DNA of 64,000 nucleotides from Escherichia coli (GTDB lineage Bacteria; Pseudomonadota; Gammaproteobacteria; Enterobacterales; Enterobacteriaceae): NCBI RefSeq assembly GCF_003790525.1, contig NZ_CP033632.1; one strand, 5' to 3'. Shown piece by piece: positions 1 to 10,135 of this stretch (position 1 is its first letter; each line of letters starts with the position of its first letter). The notes under the pieces were generated by a model. It saw only the letters and a program-made list of their open reading frames with translations, ran no database searches and was not told where the DNA came from. The position numbers and the translations under genes were made by a program.

Positions 1-95
1 TTTGATGATCGTAGTTAAAGGCAACAATCCTTGCTCATTGATGATGGCGGCCAGATTATTCATGCAATTACCTTAATGAAAAAAGTCTTTAACGA

Positions 96-1331
96 TTAGT
101 AGTGCGTTTTTTTCAATGGGAGATCTGCTTTGCGTTTTGAAATATCGTCCCGGAAGAATATCAGGAAGAATACGCTGACCACTGCGGCAACGCCTGCTGA
201 AACCAGCCAAAATGTTTCCCATTGCGGTAACGCTTGTGGGCCTTGTTCCGTCACAGTGTTGTTAAATATTTGCCCGCATACGGTAGAGGCAAATAGCAAA
301 CCGACGCCGTTCGAGACGATGAATCGTAAACTTTGGGCTTGCGCTTTAATCTCTGGCGCGGCTTTACGGTCAACATAAATGTCGCCCACGGTAAAGAAAA
401 AGTCCCAGCAAAATCCCTGCAACATCAGACCGATCAGCACAAACATCATGTTGGCATCCAGTGATGCATGAGCAAACAACAGGGTGCGGATGATCCAGCA
501 TACGGCACCCAACATGAGAGTAATTTTGAAGCCGGCTTTCAGTAAGAAAAACGAGAGCAGGAACATAAAAATGACTTCACAGGCTATGCCGACCTGCATC
601 ATTGACGCGGCGTTCTCGAATCCAAGCGCTTTTAAAAAGACTGGGATATAAGCGGAATAAGCTGTTTTAGGGATCATCAGGACAAAAATGCTGAGCATCA
701 AAACCGAGAAACTACGGTCCTTGAAGAGTGCCAGAGCGTCCAGACATAACAGATCGCGGAGTGTAAATACGCTACCTTTTGCTTTCGGTGGTGTGTGTGG
801 TAATGTAAAGCAGTAAAGGCCAAGCACGACACCGGAGGCTGATGCTATATACCAGGTGATGGTATTTCCGGAATAGCCCATTTCACCAATAATAAAACCG
901 ATGACCATAAAGCCAAATGTGCCGAACACACGAATAAAGGGGAAATATTTCACCCCGTTAATGTGGCTGAAACTGATACTGTTAGCCAGCGCAGTTGTTG
1001 GATAAAACAACAGACCGACTAGGAAGATCATGGTCAACGTCATACCCGTGTTTTGTGCCTCAATAAATTGTGGAACAAACAACAGTACACCAGCATTAAT
1101 TAAATGCAGGATTGCCATGACTTTTTGTGACGAGAAAAAACGGTCGGCGACCATACCAATAAAGAGTGGAGAAAGAATGGTCGCCAGACCAAGCAAGGCA
1201 TAAGATGAGCCAATAATGGTTGCCATACCATAGGTACTTAATACCAGTCCCATGGTCATATTCCAGGCACCCTGCATGAAATATTGTATGAACATCATAA
1301 CCAGCAGACGTGGGGTTTTATTCAGGTCCAT
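96..1331 (-). CDS. MFS nucleoside:H+ symporter-family permease (NupG/XapB-like)
   Basis: 411-aa hydrophobic ORF; motifs LDALALFKD and GFCWDFF...VDRKAAPEIKAQAQS parallel NupG-family sequences as recalled. Confidence 0.7.
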   Translation of the reverse strand: MDLNKTPRLLVMMFIQYFMQGAWNMTMGLVLSTYGMATIIGSSYALLGLATILSPLFIGMVADRFFSSQKVMAILHLINAGVLLFVPQFIEAQNTGMTLTMIFLVGLLFYPTTALANSISFSHINGVKYFPFIRVFGTFGFMVIGFIIGEMGYSGNTITWYIASASGVVLGLYCFTLPHTPPKAKGSVFTLRDLLCLDALALFKDRSFSVLMLSIFVLMIPKTAYSAYIPVFLKALGFENAASMMQVGIACEVIFMFLLSFFLLKAGFKITLMLGAVCWIIRTLLFAHASLDANMMFVLIGLMLQGFCWDFFFTVGDIYVDRKAAPEIKAQAQSLRFIVSNGVGLLFASTVCGQIFNNTVTEQGPQALPQWETFWLVSAGVAAVVSVFFLIFFRDDISKRKADLPLKKTHY

Positions 1332-1343
1332 ATTGCATATCCT

Positions 1344-2168
1344 TTATTGGTTGATACTCAGGTTAAGCCCATCCCAAGCGACAAGAATGTTCTCTTTATC
1401 GCATGCTGCTACTAGCTCATCGTGCAGGAGACCGCCGCTGTGTGAAATATGCGAGACGACAAGTTGACTTGTTTTCTTCAGGCAGTCCAGTTCCGCCAGT
1501 CTGTCCCTGGCAGCGAACACCGTTTCCAAACTCATATGGTTATTGGTACGATTTTCTCCATTAAAGCCGTAGGTACACTCCAGAACGGCCAGATCAATTT
1601 TTTTCCCTTCCAGCCACTGCCAGGTGAGCTCAGGAAACCAGCCAGAGTCATGACCGTAAAATATTGACTGGCCTTCTTTTTCGATAAACCAGGTATAACA
1701 AAGCTCCCATTTAGCATGGTTAGCCAGCAGCGGAGTTATCCGATAGCCACGGGTATCTACGGTGACGAAGGGTACCAGGCAATGAAAGGCAAAGCGCTCT
1801 GCGCTATAGCCCGGCAAAACCTCTGCCGCACCGTTAATCGCACGATCGTTACCAAAGATATTCAGCGGATGGGTAATCTCAAATCCGTAACCCTCCATTC
1901 GGCTGAAAAGATCGCCGACGTTGAAATGATCGGGATGAGTATGGGTAAACAGAAGCGACCTGATTTCAGTTGCATCCATGTCGTCGCGCAGCAGCTGTTG
2001 GCTAAATTCCGGCGCGACGTCAATCAACAGTTGATCATCAATAATCGCGGAAGAGTGTGTACGAATGTTTTTTCCCTTACGTATACGGGCTTGCTGACAG
2101 TGCTCACAACGACAAAAAGGATTGGGTATCCCTTCGGATGCCGCGGTTCCCAGAAAATGAATTTTCAT
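1344..2168 (-). CDS. MBL-fold metal-dependent hydrolase (PhnP-like phosphodiesterase family)
   Basis: 274 aa; metallo-beta-lactamase-fold motif THTHPDH; 13 bp upstream of permease on same strand (operon). Confidence 0.55.
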   Translation of the reverse strand: MKIHFLGTAASEGIPNPFCRCEHCQQARIRKGKNIRTHSSAIIDDQLLIDVAPEFSQQLLRDDMDATEIRSLLFTHTHPDHFNVGDLFSRMEGYGFEITHPLNIFGNDRAINGAAEVLPGYSAERFAFHCLVPFVTVDTRGYRITPLLANHAKWELCYTWFIEKEGQSIFYGHDSGWFPELTWQWLEGKKIDLAVLECTYGFNGENRTNNHMSLETVFAARDRLAELDCLKKTSQLVVSHISHSGGLLHDELVAACDKENILVAWDGLNLSINQ

Positions 2169-2501
2169 GTTTCCCTCTTACTCAAAACAGAGTGTTGTTT
2201 TTTGAAAAAAAATGTAATAAGACGTTATTGGAACGTGTCAATTATTATCTTGCAAACTCAAGCCAACAACGATCTTTTTCTTTAAAAGTGATCCTCTTCA
2301 AAGATTTAAAAATTTATATTTATTTTTCAATATATTGAAATTTTAACTCATGTGTATGAGTCGTGTGGTGTTGAGAAGTGGTTATAAGGATGTGTTGATA
2401 AAATACACTTTTTTATTTTGTAACGTTCAAATTATCTTGCTGAAGATAGTTTTCTGATGAGCGCAGTGCTAGCATAAAAGCATTAGGGGAGTGATGTAAA
2501 A

Positions 2502-4676
2502 ATGCCAACTATCAAAGACATAGCAAGAATTGCCGGTGTGTCGCATGGGACTGTCTCAAATGTGCTCAATGGCAGAGGAAATGTAAGCGTTGAGAAGATT
2601 GAAGCGGTTCAACGTGCGGCCCAAGAAGTTGGCTATCAGTTAAATGCGCAGGCTCAATCATTGAGAGCTAGCAAAAGTCAGGGAGTGGCCTTGATTCTGC
2701 CAGGCATCAATGCGGAACGTTACTATCAACTTTATCGGGGATTACACCAGGTCTTGCAACCTTCACTCTGCGAACCGATTGATCTTTACCTGACTAATGA
2801 TTTGCCTAATCTGGAACTGGATATTTTACAAACGCTGGCGGCAAAGTCTTACCAGGCTATTGTCACTGTGAGTTGCTTGGATAACAGCCAGCCCTATTAC
2901 GACATGCTCAGGCTCTCCCCGGAGAATGTGTTTTTTGCGTATCGTCAGCCCGCCAGTGCAGTTTGTTATTTTAGCCTTGACTACGTGACCGCAGGGGAAG
3001 AAGCTGCAAGGAGGGCACTGCAGCAGCACCCGGGTCATATTGGTGTTTTCTGTGAACCGCTGGAATTTTCCCACAGCGCGCGCTTTACTCAAGCGATACA
3101 AATGGTATGCCGAAAGTTAAGCCTGCACACAAAGCTTACAATTATACCCGCGCATGCCAGTGAAGTTAACACTGTCGCGTTTGAATTTTTCCAAGGGGTC
3201 ATACCCGATCTGTTTATTGTTCAGGACAGTGAGAAGACGCGCGCACTGACGCAGGCGGCTTGGTTTGGAAGTTCTCAGCCCTGCCCGCCGATAGTACAAC
3301 TGAGTGACAATCTTCCTGCATCTTTTGATGGAATCACCAGCTATCAGATGGATTATGCCCGCCTGGGAACAACTATTGCTGCATGTATTCGCCAACCCAA
3401 AAGTAAAAAGAAGCACCATATTCTGACGAATTGCGGTTTTTCTTGGAATGGACAATGCGCTCCGTCTCATGAGACCGAGACGACACTGAATATGTTAATT
3501 TTGCCCAGCCCTTCGACCGATGCGCTGAAGAAATTGTTACCCCACTTTTATCGTCAGACCGGCATTAAGGTTAATCTTGCGGTTTATCCGTATGATGAAG
3601 TTTTTGAAATTCTCTCTCATCTTCACTTGCACCCTTATTACGATTTACTGCGAATCGATATGGCGTGTTTTCCCTGGTTTGCAGAAAAAACATTATTACC
3701 GCTGGAATCGGTCTCCCCTGAGCTCCCGTTATTGCTGGATAACTTCTCTGAGCAACTTCAACAGTACTTCAGCCTGGTGAATGGGACTGCATGGGCAATT
3801 CCCTTTGATGCCAGTATGCAGCTTCTGTTTTATCGACGAGATCTGTTTGAAGATGCAACGATTAAACGGATGTTTTATGAATCCACAGGAAAAGAGTTAA
3901 CTCTACCAGAGAATTTCGCACAATTTGATGAGATTGCTACTTTCTTTAGTCAACGGCATCAGCCAAAAAATAAACAGCGTCCAATGGGAACTGCGGTAAC
4001 GTTGGGCAGTTCAGGACTTATTGCCACTGAGTACTTGCTGCGTTACTACGCGTTAGGTGGGCGATTGGTGCGTGAAGGCGAGCCGATACAACTTGATACT
4101 TCGCTTGCTGCCGTTGCACTCGAAGAATATCTACAACAGTTGCCTGTTGCCGTGAATATTGCCGGTGAGTGGTGGAACGATGCTGTTAAACAGTTTGAGT
4201 GTGGAAATCTCGCCATGCTGATTATGTATCTCAATTTGTTTAACGATGTTGCGCATACGACCATCGCTCCCACGATCGGCTATGCTCCCGTTCCAGGGCA
4301 GCTTCCACAATTGGGTGGTGGTTCTATTGGAATGTCTCGCTACAGTAAGAAGAAAAAACAGGTTGAGCAGTTTTTTCATTGGCTTTATTCCGATGAAATT
4401 TCGCGTCATCTGGTTCTGTTGGGGGGCAACAGCGCTTGGTCTGGAATATGTCACGATCAAAACGTTCTCAATCTCTACCCGTGGTTTAATTTACTGAATG
4501 AAAAAGGCATGAAGGGAATACGTGAGTCTCAGGGAAGTCAAGGTGAGCCTTTTAACCTGCGTCAGGCAGAGATTATCATTGGGCAAGGGGTGACGAATGC
4601 GATTAACGGCATTATGAACGTCAATCAGGCTGTGGAATATATCAATGCACGGATCAGAAACGAAACGGGGGCCTGA
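2502..4676 (+). CDS. LacI-family HTH regulator with sugar-binding core fused to a C-terminal SBP-like domain (no signal peptide)
   Basis: N-terminal IKDIARIAGVSHGTVSNVLNG HTH; 724 aa, about twice normal LacI length; divergent from permease operon across AT-rich intergenic region. Confidence 0.6.
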   Translation: MPTIKDIARIAGVSHGTVSNVLNGRGNVSVEKIEAVQRAAQEVGYQLNAQAQSLRASKSQGVALILPGINAERYYQLYRGLHQVLQPSLCEPIDLYLTNDLPNLELDILQTLAAKSYQAIVTVSCLDNSQPYYDMLRLSPENVFFAYRQPASAVCYFSLDYVTAGEEAARRALQQHPGHIGVFCEPLEFSHSARFTQAIQMVCRKLSLHTKLTIIPAHASEVNTVAFEFFQGVIPDLFIVQDSEKTRALTQAAWFGSSQPCPPIVQLSDNLPASFDGITSYQMDYARLGTTIAACIRQPKSKKKHHILTNCGFSWNGQCAPSHETETTLNMLILPSPSTDALKKLLPHFYRQTGIKVNLAVYPYDEVFEILSHLHLHPYYDLLRIDMACFPWFAEKTLLPLESVSPELPLLLDNFSEQLQQYFSLVNGTAWAIPFDASMQLLFYRRDLFEDATIKRMFYESTGKELTLPENFAQFDEIATFFSQRHQPKNKQRPMGTAVTLGSSGLIATEYLLRYYALGGRLVREGEPIQLDTSLAAVALEEYLQQLPVAVNIAGEWWNDAVKQFECGNLAMLIMYLNLFNDVAHTTIAPTIGYAPVPGQLPQLGGGSIGMSRYSKKKKQVEQFFHWLYSDEISRHLVLLGGNSAWSGICHDQNVLNLYPWFNLLNEKGMKGIRESQGSQGEPFNLRQAEIIIGQGVTNAINGIMNVNQAVEYINARIRNETGA

Positions 4677-4723
4677 AAATGTGACACCTCGAGCCTGTCC
4701 ATCATTCGGTGTAAATGTCTTTC

Positions 4724-5707
4724 TCAGAAGTGACCGTCAGGGCGGTCACCGAATTCGATAATAAAGCGACTCATTACTATCCGCCAGTCCTGAAGTGGCA
4801 TCGTCCATTTCTGTGAGGCTGACTGGATAGCCAGCCACACCACTTTTTTCACCGATTCATCTGTCGGGAACACTTTCCGTTTCTTTATCGCATGTCTGAT
4901 GACGCTATTCAGCGATTCGATTGCGTTAGTGGTGTAGATAACCTTGCGGATCGCCTCCGGGTACACAAAGACGGTGGCAACATTCGGCCAGTTTGCCCGC
5001 CAGCTGCGACTTATCTGCGGGTACCGTGCATCCCATTCCTTCCCGAACGCATCCAGCGCCTGCAACGCGCCTTCTTCCGTGGCTGCGCGGTAAACCTGTT
5101 TCAGATCACGGGTTACCGCTTTATAGTCTTTCCACGCCACGAATCGCAGGCTGTTGCGTACCATATGTACTATGCACAACTGGAGCTGCGTCTCCGGGGA
5201 GACGGCATTAATCGCTTCCGGGAAGCCTTTCAGGCCGTCCACGCAGGCGATAAGGATATCGTTCAGGCTGCGATTTTTCAGTTCCGTCAGTACATTCAGC
5301 CAGAACTTTGCACCTTCATTTTCGGCCAGCCACATACCCAGCAACTCTTTCTGACCATCAAGGTTAATACCCAGAGCCAGGAACACCGCTTTGTTGATAA
5401 CCCGGCTGTCCTGCCGTACTTTCAGGACAATACAGTCAAGATAAACAATGGGATAAATCGCATCCAGAGGACAGTTTTGCTATTCAACAACCTAGTCGAT
5501 TACGGCATCGGTTACTTTCGATATCAGCGCCGGAGAGACGTCTGCATCGTACATTTCTTTGAAGACTGAGGTAATTTCGCGGGTAGTCATCCCTCTGGCA
5601 TACAGTGCCAGGATCTGGTTGTCCATGCCGGTAATGCGGGTCTGATTTTTCTTCACCAGTTGTGGTTCGAAGGAACCATCATGATCACGTGGAGTACGTA
5701 ATTCCAT
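4724..5707 (-). pseudogene. IS256-family (mutator-type) transposase remnant, split frames, N-terminus missing
   Basis: ORFs 4724-5386 and 5492-5707 carry IS256-family transposase middle/C-terminal sequence; interrupted and abutted by IS3-family element. Confidence 0.55.
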
Positions 5708-5760
5708 CGGCCCGTCGGTAGTGGTGACGGTTTTCGTGGAATTGAATCGCCACGGATAAT

Positions 5761-6616
5761 TTAGACACTTCCGAGCCGTTGATAATACTGGTTTTCATAT
5801 TCTGTAGGTGACATCTGATCGCTGGAACCATGCCGACGCTTACTGTTATAAAACATTTCGATGTAATCAAAAATATCGCTGCGGGCTTCTTCCCGCGTTC
5901 CGTAGATCTTTTTCTTTATCCGTTCGCGTTTCAACAACTGGAAAAAGCTTTCTGCAACCGCATTATCATGGCAGTTACCGCGACGGCTCATGCTGCCCTC
6001 CAGGCCGTGTGATTTCAGGAACGACTGCCATTCATTGACTGCCCTGATCCGAATGAACCAGCACCTGTTTTTGGGGATTACGCCGCCATACAGCCATCAG
6101 CAGTGCGTTCAGGACAATGTCCTTTGTCATCCGGGATTGCATGGACCAGCCGATAATTTTGCGTGAGAACAGATCAACAACCACGGCAAGATACAGCCAG
6201 CCTTCGTGGGTCCTGATGTAGGTTATGTCCGTTACCCAACGCTTATCCGGAGCATCCGGATTGAACTGTCGCTGAAGCCTGTTGGGCGACACGATACTGG
6301 CCTCGCCTTTACGAGCCCGCGGGCTCCGGTATCCGACCTGAGCCTTTATCCCGATACGTTTCATCAGTCGCCAGACTCTGTTCACTCCGTACTGTTGCCC
6401 GCTGTCCCGCAGATCTAAATGGATTTTGCGATAACCATAGACGCATCCCGATTCCAGCCAGAACTGTTTAATCTGTCCTGTCAGTCTCAGGTCTGCCTGA
6501 TGGCGTTGTGAATGCGGCTGCTGAAGCCAGGCGTATAAACCACTGGGATGAACATCCAGCACCCGACAGAGCAGGCGAACAGGCCAGCAACAGGTGTTGC
6601 CCAATATACTCAACAT
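5761..6616 (-). pseudogene. IS3-family transposase OrfB (DDE integrase), frameshifted between 5992 and 6031
   Basis: N-part ends ...HSDQGSQ at 6032; C-part (GNCHDNAVAESFF...) continues in another frame from 5991. Confidence 0.7.
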
Positions 6617-6640
6617 GAACTAGATCTGGTTGCTGCTCAG

Positions 6641-6985
6641 CTAAACAACAGACCGAGAAAGACACTGAAGTTCAAAACACCGAAAGAGATAATTGAAAGG
6701 GGTGTTGCATTGACAGATTGAATCTACAACGGCTTTTTTTAATATGTCCCGTTCGTCGGTAACCCGCTTCAGCTCTTTCTGGAGACGGCGGATCTCGGCC
6801 TGAGCATCTGACTGTTCTTTATTAGTGGAAGAATCCGGACCGTACTTCTTTATCCAGGAGTAAAGGCTGTGGGTGGTGATATCGAGACGTGTTGCAACGC
6901 TGGCAACAGAATAACCGCGATCAACAACCTGTTTGACTGCTTCAATTTTAAACTCTTCGGGATAACGCTTACCACTCATGGGCAC
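6641..6985 (-). CDS. IS3-family transposase OrfA (HTH)
   Basis: MPMSGKRYPEEFKIEAVKQV...RDILKKA typical IS3-family OrfA. Confidence 0.8.
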   Translation of the reverse strand: MPMSGKRYPEEFKIEAVKQVVDRGYSVASVATRLDITTHSLYSWIKKYGPDSSTNKEQSDAQAEIRRLQKELKRVTDERDILKKAVVDSICQCNTPFNYLFRCFELQCLSRSVV

Positions 6986-7318
6986 CTCTCTTTAAGTCAT
7001 CTTAAATGACTCTGAGGTGTCTATTAAACCTGTGGCGATTCAGTGGGAAGCCTCGCCCGACAGGGCGGGGAGCAGTCACTATGGATTTTCTTTGGCGCGG
7101 TCTGGCCATTAGGGGTCATGTTTGCTGCAACGTTTCTTCTGATGTGGATATTCACCCTTCCAGGTGATTTCTATAGAAAAAAAGCCAGACATTGATACAA
7201 TCGCTGCGGGTGCTTGAGGCTATCTGCTTCAGGCATTACCCGAAAAGCAGATAGAAGAAAGCCCCAGATAACATTACGCGTCCTGCAAGACGCTTAACAT
7301 TAATCTGAGGCAATATCT

Positions 7319-7525
7319 ATGCTTAGCATACGTAGATTAGCCTCTTACCGACCAAAAGGTCAAGGAGAAGCAGGCTATGAAGCAGCAAAAAGCGATATTA
7401 ATCGCTCTGATCGTCATCTGTTTAACCGTCATTGTGACGGCACTGGTAACGAGGAAAGACCTCTGCGAGGTACAAATCCGAACCGGCCAGACGGAGGTCA
7501 CTGTCTTCACAGCCTACGAATCTGA
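7319..7525 (+). CDS. mok: Mok-like overlapping reading frame of the hok locus
   Basis: 68-aa ORF overlapping the hok frame, as in hok/mok/sok loci. Confidence 0.5.
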   Translation: MLSIRRLASYRPKGQGEAGYEAAKSDINRSDRHLFNRHCDGTGNEERPLRGTNPNRPDGGHCLHSLRI

Positions 7526-7532
7526 AAGGTAA
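7377..7532 (+). CDS. hok: Hok/Gef-family type I toxin (HokC-like), 51 aa
   Basis: Hand translation: MKQQKAILIALIVICLTVIVTALVTRKDLCEVQIRTGQTEVTVFTAYESER; near-identical in pattern to Gef/HokC; below ORF-track length cutoff. Confidence 0.85.
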   Translation: MKQQKAILIALIVICLTVIVTALVTRKDLCEVQIRTGQTEVTVFTAYESER

Positions 7533-7554
7533 GAGACCTGGCGGGGAGAGATCC

Positions 7555-8893
7555 CATAAGCGCTAACTTAAGGGTTGAACCATCTGAAGAATGCGACACC
7601 TCGGTGCCTCGTTAAGACGATGCCTCGCGTTCTTCAATTGCGTTTTGTAGGCTGTCAGGGATACTGTCCCACGAATGGCCACCTGTAAGCTCCAGATGAC
7701 CATTTTTGTTATTCTCCACAACGAGTTAGTTCTTCTTTTCGGATCCGGCACTTCTGGGGGGGAAATCCAGCGATGGCTGGATTATGTCGTCAATTAAAAA
7801 TGCGGCGAGTAGATTAGCAAATATCCACGCTTTCGCGAGTTCAGGTTCCTTTGCACGCAAAGCATCCAGGTGCAGCAAACTTTTGAGCCGCTTAAAAGCC
7901 AGTTCAATTTGCCATCGCAGACGGTAACAATCAGCCACTTGCTCTGCTGAATATTCATCTTCCGGTAATGATGTTAGCAATAGCACATGGCCCGCTGCTT
8001 CCAGCGTTTCCGCCTGAACTACTCGTCCTTTTCGACGATTCTCGCTGAGCAGTCGGGTTTTACTGATTAATGCTTTTTCGGGAGGAAGTGATACGGCAAT
8101 GAGACGTGCCGGAAAGGGAGCTCCGGCTTTTTTATTACCTGAATTGCCTATCATTACAGTGGTTTCACCGTTCTTACCGCAATCCAGCCCGCGCAGAAAA
8201 CCCATCATGTCAAAGCGCATTCCTTCTGCAGTTAACCAGCGCAATCCTCGCCAGTGAACCCGGACGATATAATCAGCTTCTCCAAAAGCAAGTGAGCGGA
8301 TACATTCGGGACGCGAACCGAATCCCCGGTCAGCAATGCGTATCTCGTCTGCCGTTTGCGCAAATCGGTCCAGCCGTTCAGCGTCTCTGCTGTCGGTTAG
8401 CTCAAAATCAGTGAACTGACAGGTATGAGGATCATATCCCATATGTAGTCGCCATTCAGCGCTGCCGCCCCCGGGCGCACTGATTGCTGTTCCATCGACA
8501 AGACGCAATCTCTTTCCGCTTGTACAACCCGTAACTGCGGCGCGTACAGCAAGTGTTTGTGCGGCAAGTATGCCAAACCAGTCGGCGGCATTCCGCAACC
8601 GCTTCAGGAGAGCCACGTCAGATAATGTTGCAACGTCATGGAGCTGAGCCCATGCAGTGACTTCACGTAATGACATCCCCCCGGGGCCGTAAGCCAGCCC
8701 CAGACGTAGCAGAGTTGCAGCATCACGAATTTCGCGGCGGCGGGTTAGAGCCCCGGCATTACATGCCGAAGTATCCAGTTCTTCGGGCTTACCAATATGG
8801 GCCAGAATTGCTGACCAGTTATCGTGAGAGTAATTCATCGGCACGTTAAATCATATCAGGCGTAATACCACAACCCTTAAGTTAGCGCTTATG
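7555..8893 (-). mobile_element. IS186 (IS4 family)
   Basis: Terminal IRs CATAAGCGCTAACTTAAGGGTTG (7555-) and reverse complement ending 8893; flanks GGGGAGAGATCC / GGAGAGATCCCC resemble the GC-rich palindromic IS186 target. Confidence 0.85.
7726..8844 (-). CDS. IS186 transposase
   Basis: 372-aa ORF matching IS186/IS421 transposase as recalled. Confidence 0.85.
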   Translation of the reverse strand: MPMNYSHDNWSAILAHIGKPEELDTSACNAGALTRRREIRDAATLLRLGLAYGPGGMSLREVTAWAQLHDVATLSDVALLKRLRNAADWFGILAAQTLAVRAAVTGCTSGKRLRLVDGTAISAPGGGSAEWRLHMGYDPHTCQFTDFELTDSRDAERLDRFAQTADEIRIADRGFGSRPECIRSLAFGEADYIVRVHWRGLRWLTAEGMRFDMMGFLRGLDCGKNGETTVMIGNSGNKKAGAPFPARLIAVSLPPEKALISKTRLLSENRRKGRVVQAETLEAAGHVLLLTSLPEDEYSAEQVADCYRLRWQIELAFKRLKSLLHLDALRAKEPELAKAWIFANLLAAFLIDDIIQPSLDFPPRSAGSEKKN

Positions 8894-8962
8894 GGAGAGA
8901 TCCCCGCCACTCTTCGTGTGTCAGGTATCCTCAATGCACCCTTTCCTCTCCAAATAAAAAAG

Positions 8963-8990
8963 CTCCCGAAGGAGCTTTAAAATACAAGGG
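8963..8990 (-). terminator. Rho-independent terminator after phage structural operon
   Basis: Hairpin AGCTCC-CGAA-GGAGCT followed by T-run on minus strand. Confidence 0.5.
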
Positions 8991-8997
8991 ATGACTC

Positions 8998-9507
8998 TTA
9001 ATCCCACTCAATCCAGTTGTAGACGATACGAAGTGACGGGCGCACAGCGGCAGTCACATCTTCGGTACTAAAGTCGATTGCATCACTGTAGATTTTGCAG
9101 TCCAACATTTCAATTGTTGTAGCAGCTTTTGTCACAGCGTTAACCCCGGAAGATTTGGATTCAGGGGTAGCAGCCATCGTGATATCAACATAGTCCTTCG
9201 CCGCAATGCGATCCTTAATGAACTGAAGAATATCGCCTTCGATAGTCTCCACGCACTGGACCTGGATTTCCCCAGAGTTTCGAATTGGTCCGTGCTGGTT
9301 GAACTTCACACCATTCGGACCATAGTCCTCCACATTCTCTCGAGTCATTTCAGGGATTTGCGACGTGCGAACCAGTACGCTGATATCTTCATGGCCTGCA
9401 AAAGTGAGCTGGAATTCAGAAGATACCAGTCGTTCGCCTTTGGCCGCGTTGGCAGTATAGCGGCCCTTAATAAATTTACGGTTTCCCTTAGTGTTATTGT
9501 GCCCCAT
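8998..9507 (-). CDS. P1-like phage tail component (tube-like), hypothetical
   Basis: 169-aa ORF in tail gene block downstream of sheath-like gene. Confidence 0.4.
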   Translation of the reverse strand: MGHNNTKGNRKFIKGRYTANAAKGERLVSSEFQLTFAGHEDISVLVRTSQIPEMTRENVEDYGPNGVKFNQHGPIRNSGEIQVQCVETIEGDILQFIKDRIAAKDYVDITMAATPESKSSGVNAVTKAATTIEMLDCKIYSDAIDFSTEDVTAAVRPSLRIVYNWIEWD

Positions 9508-9518
9508 ATAAAATCCTT

Positions 9519-10100
9519 TTACTGGAACGCCCGAACAATATCGGAGCTGTTATATATCGAAGAACCGGTCAACTGGAGGTTGACGGTGTTTTTCAGGAAA
9601 TATCCATTACTGTCCCTTGGCGCATCGAGATCAAAACTTAAGTCCTGGATGGCGACATCGGTGATGTTGATCCGGCGACCAATGTTTAGCGTCACGCGCT
9701 CCGGGATTCGACCACCAACATTGGTCGCTTTTAGTTCCGGGCTAATCATGGCTGTCAACGCGGCGATAGCGCCTGAAACTTCAATGAATGGATTGTTCAA
9801 AGCAATGAAAGTTACAGGCAGCGTGAACGTCGGCGGAGTCCCCCCTTCCCAAACCATTAAGCTATTCCAACGGGCAACCGACGTTGTTTCAGTACCTACT
9901 TGCACAAAACCACCCAGAGCACCAGAAACAGATCCCATGGACATACCGGTAAACGGCGCTTCCCAATTCTGGGCCATGTTCATTGCCGCTCCCTGGCTGA
10001 TATATCCGGTAACCTGGTACTGAGAGTTCGTTAAAGTAACTTTCAGATATGGCGATACACCGTCAGCCTGGCTGTAAACCCCATAAGCTATAGGAGCCAT
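9519..10100 (-). CDS. P1-like phage tail tube-like protein
   Basis: 193-aa ORF immediately downstream of sheath-like gene; size matches tail tube proteins. Confidence 0.4.
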   Translation of the reverse strand: MAPIAYGVYSQADGVSPYLKVTLTNSQYQVTGYISQGAAMNMAQNWEAPFTGMSMGSVSGALGGFVQVGTETTSVARWNSLMVWEGGTPPTFTLPVTFIALNNPFIEVSGAIAALTAMISPELKATNVGGRIPERVTLNIGRRINITDVAIQDLSFDLDAPRDSNGYFLKNTVNLQLTGSSIYNSSDIVRAFQ

Positions 10101-10135
10101 TCAAGTTAAAGGCCGGAGTTCTCCGGCCTCCTCCT

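Larger units (their letters stand above)
5743..7042 (-). mobile_element. IS3-family insertion sequence (about 1.3 kb)
   Basis: orfA+orfB arrangement; terminal inverted repeats TGAATCGCCAC at 5743 and its reverse complement ending 7042; boundaries approximate. Confidence 0.65.

Noticed and set aside
1-63. Possible minus-strand gene start at the window edge (MNNLAAIINEQGLLPLTTIIK...)
   Set aside because: Only 21 codons visible; insufficient evidence to call a CDS.
9292-10023. 243-aa plus-strand ORF overlapping the tail tube/sheath genes
   Set aside because: Antisense to a compact structural operon with clear coupled genes on the minus strand; no RBS or domain signal.
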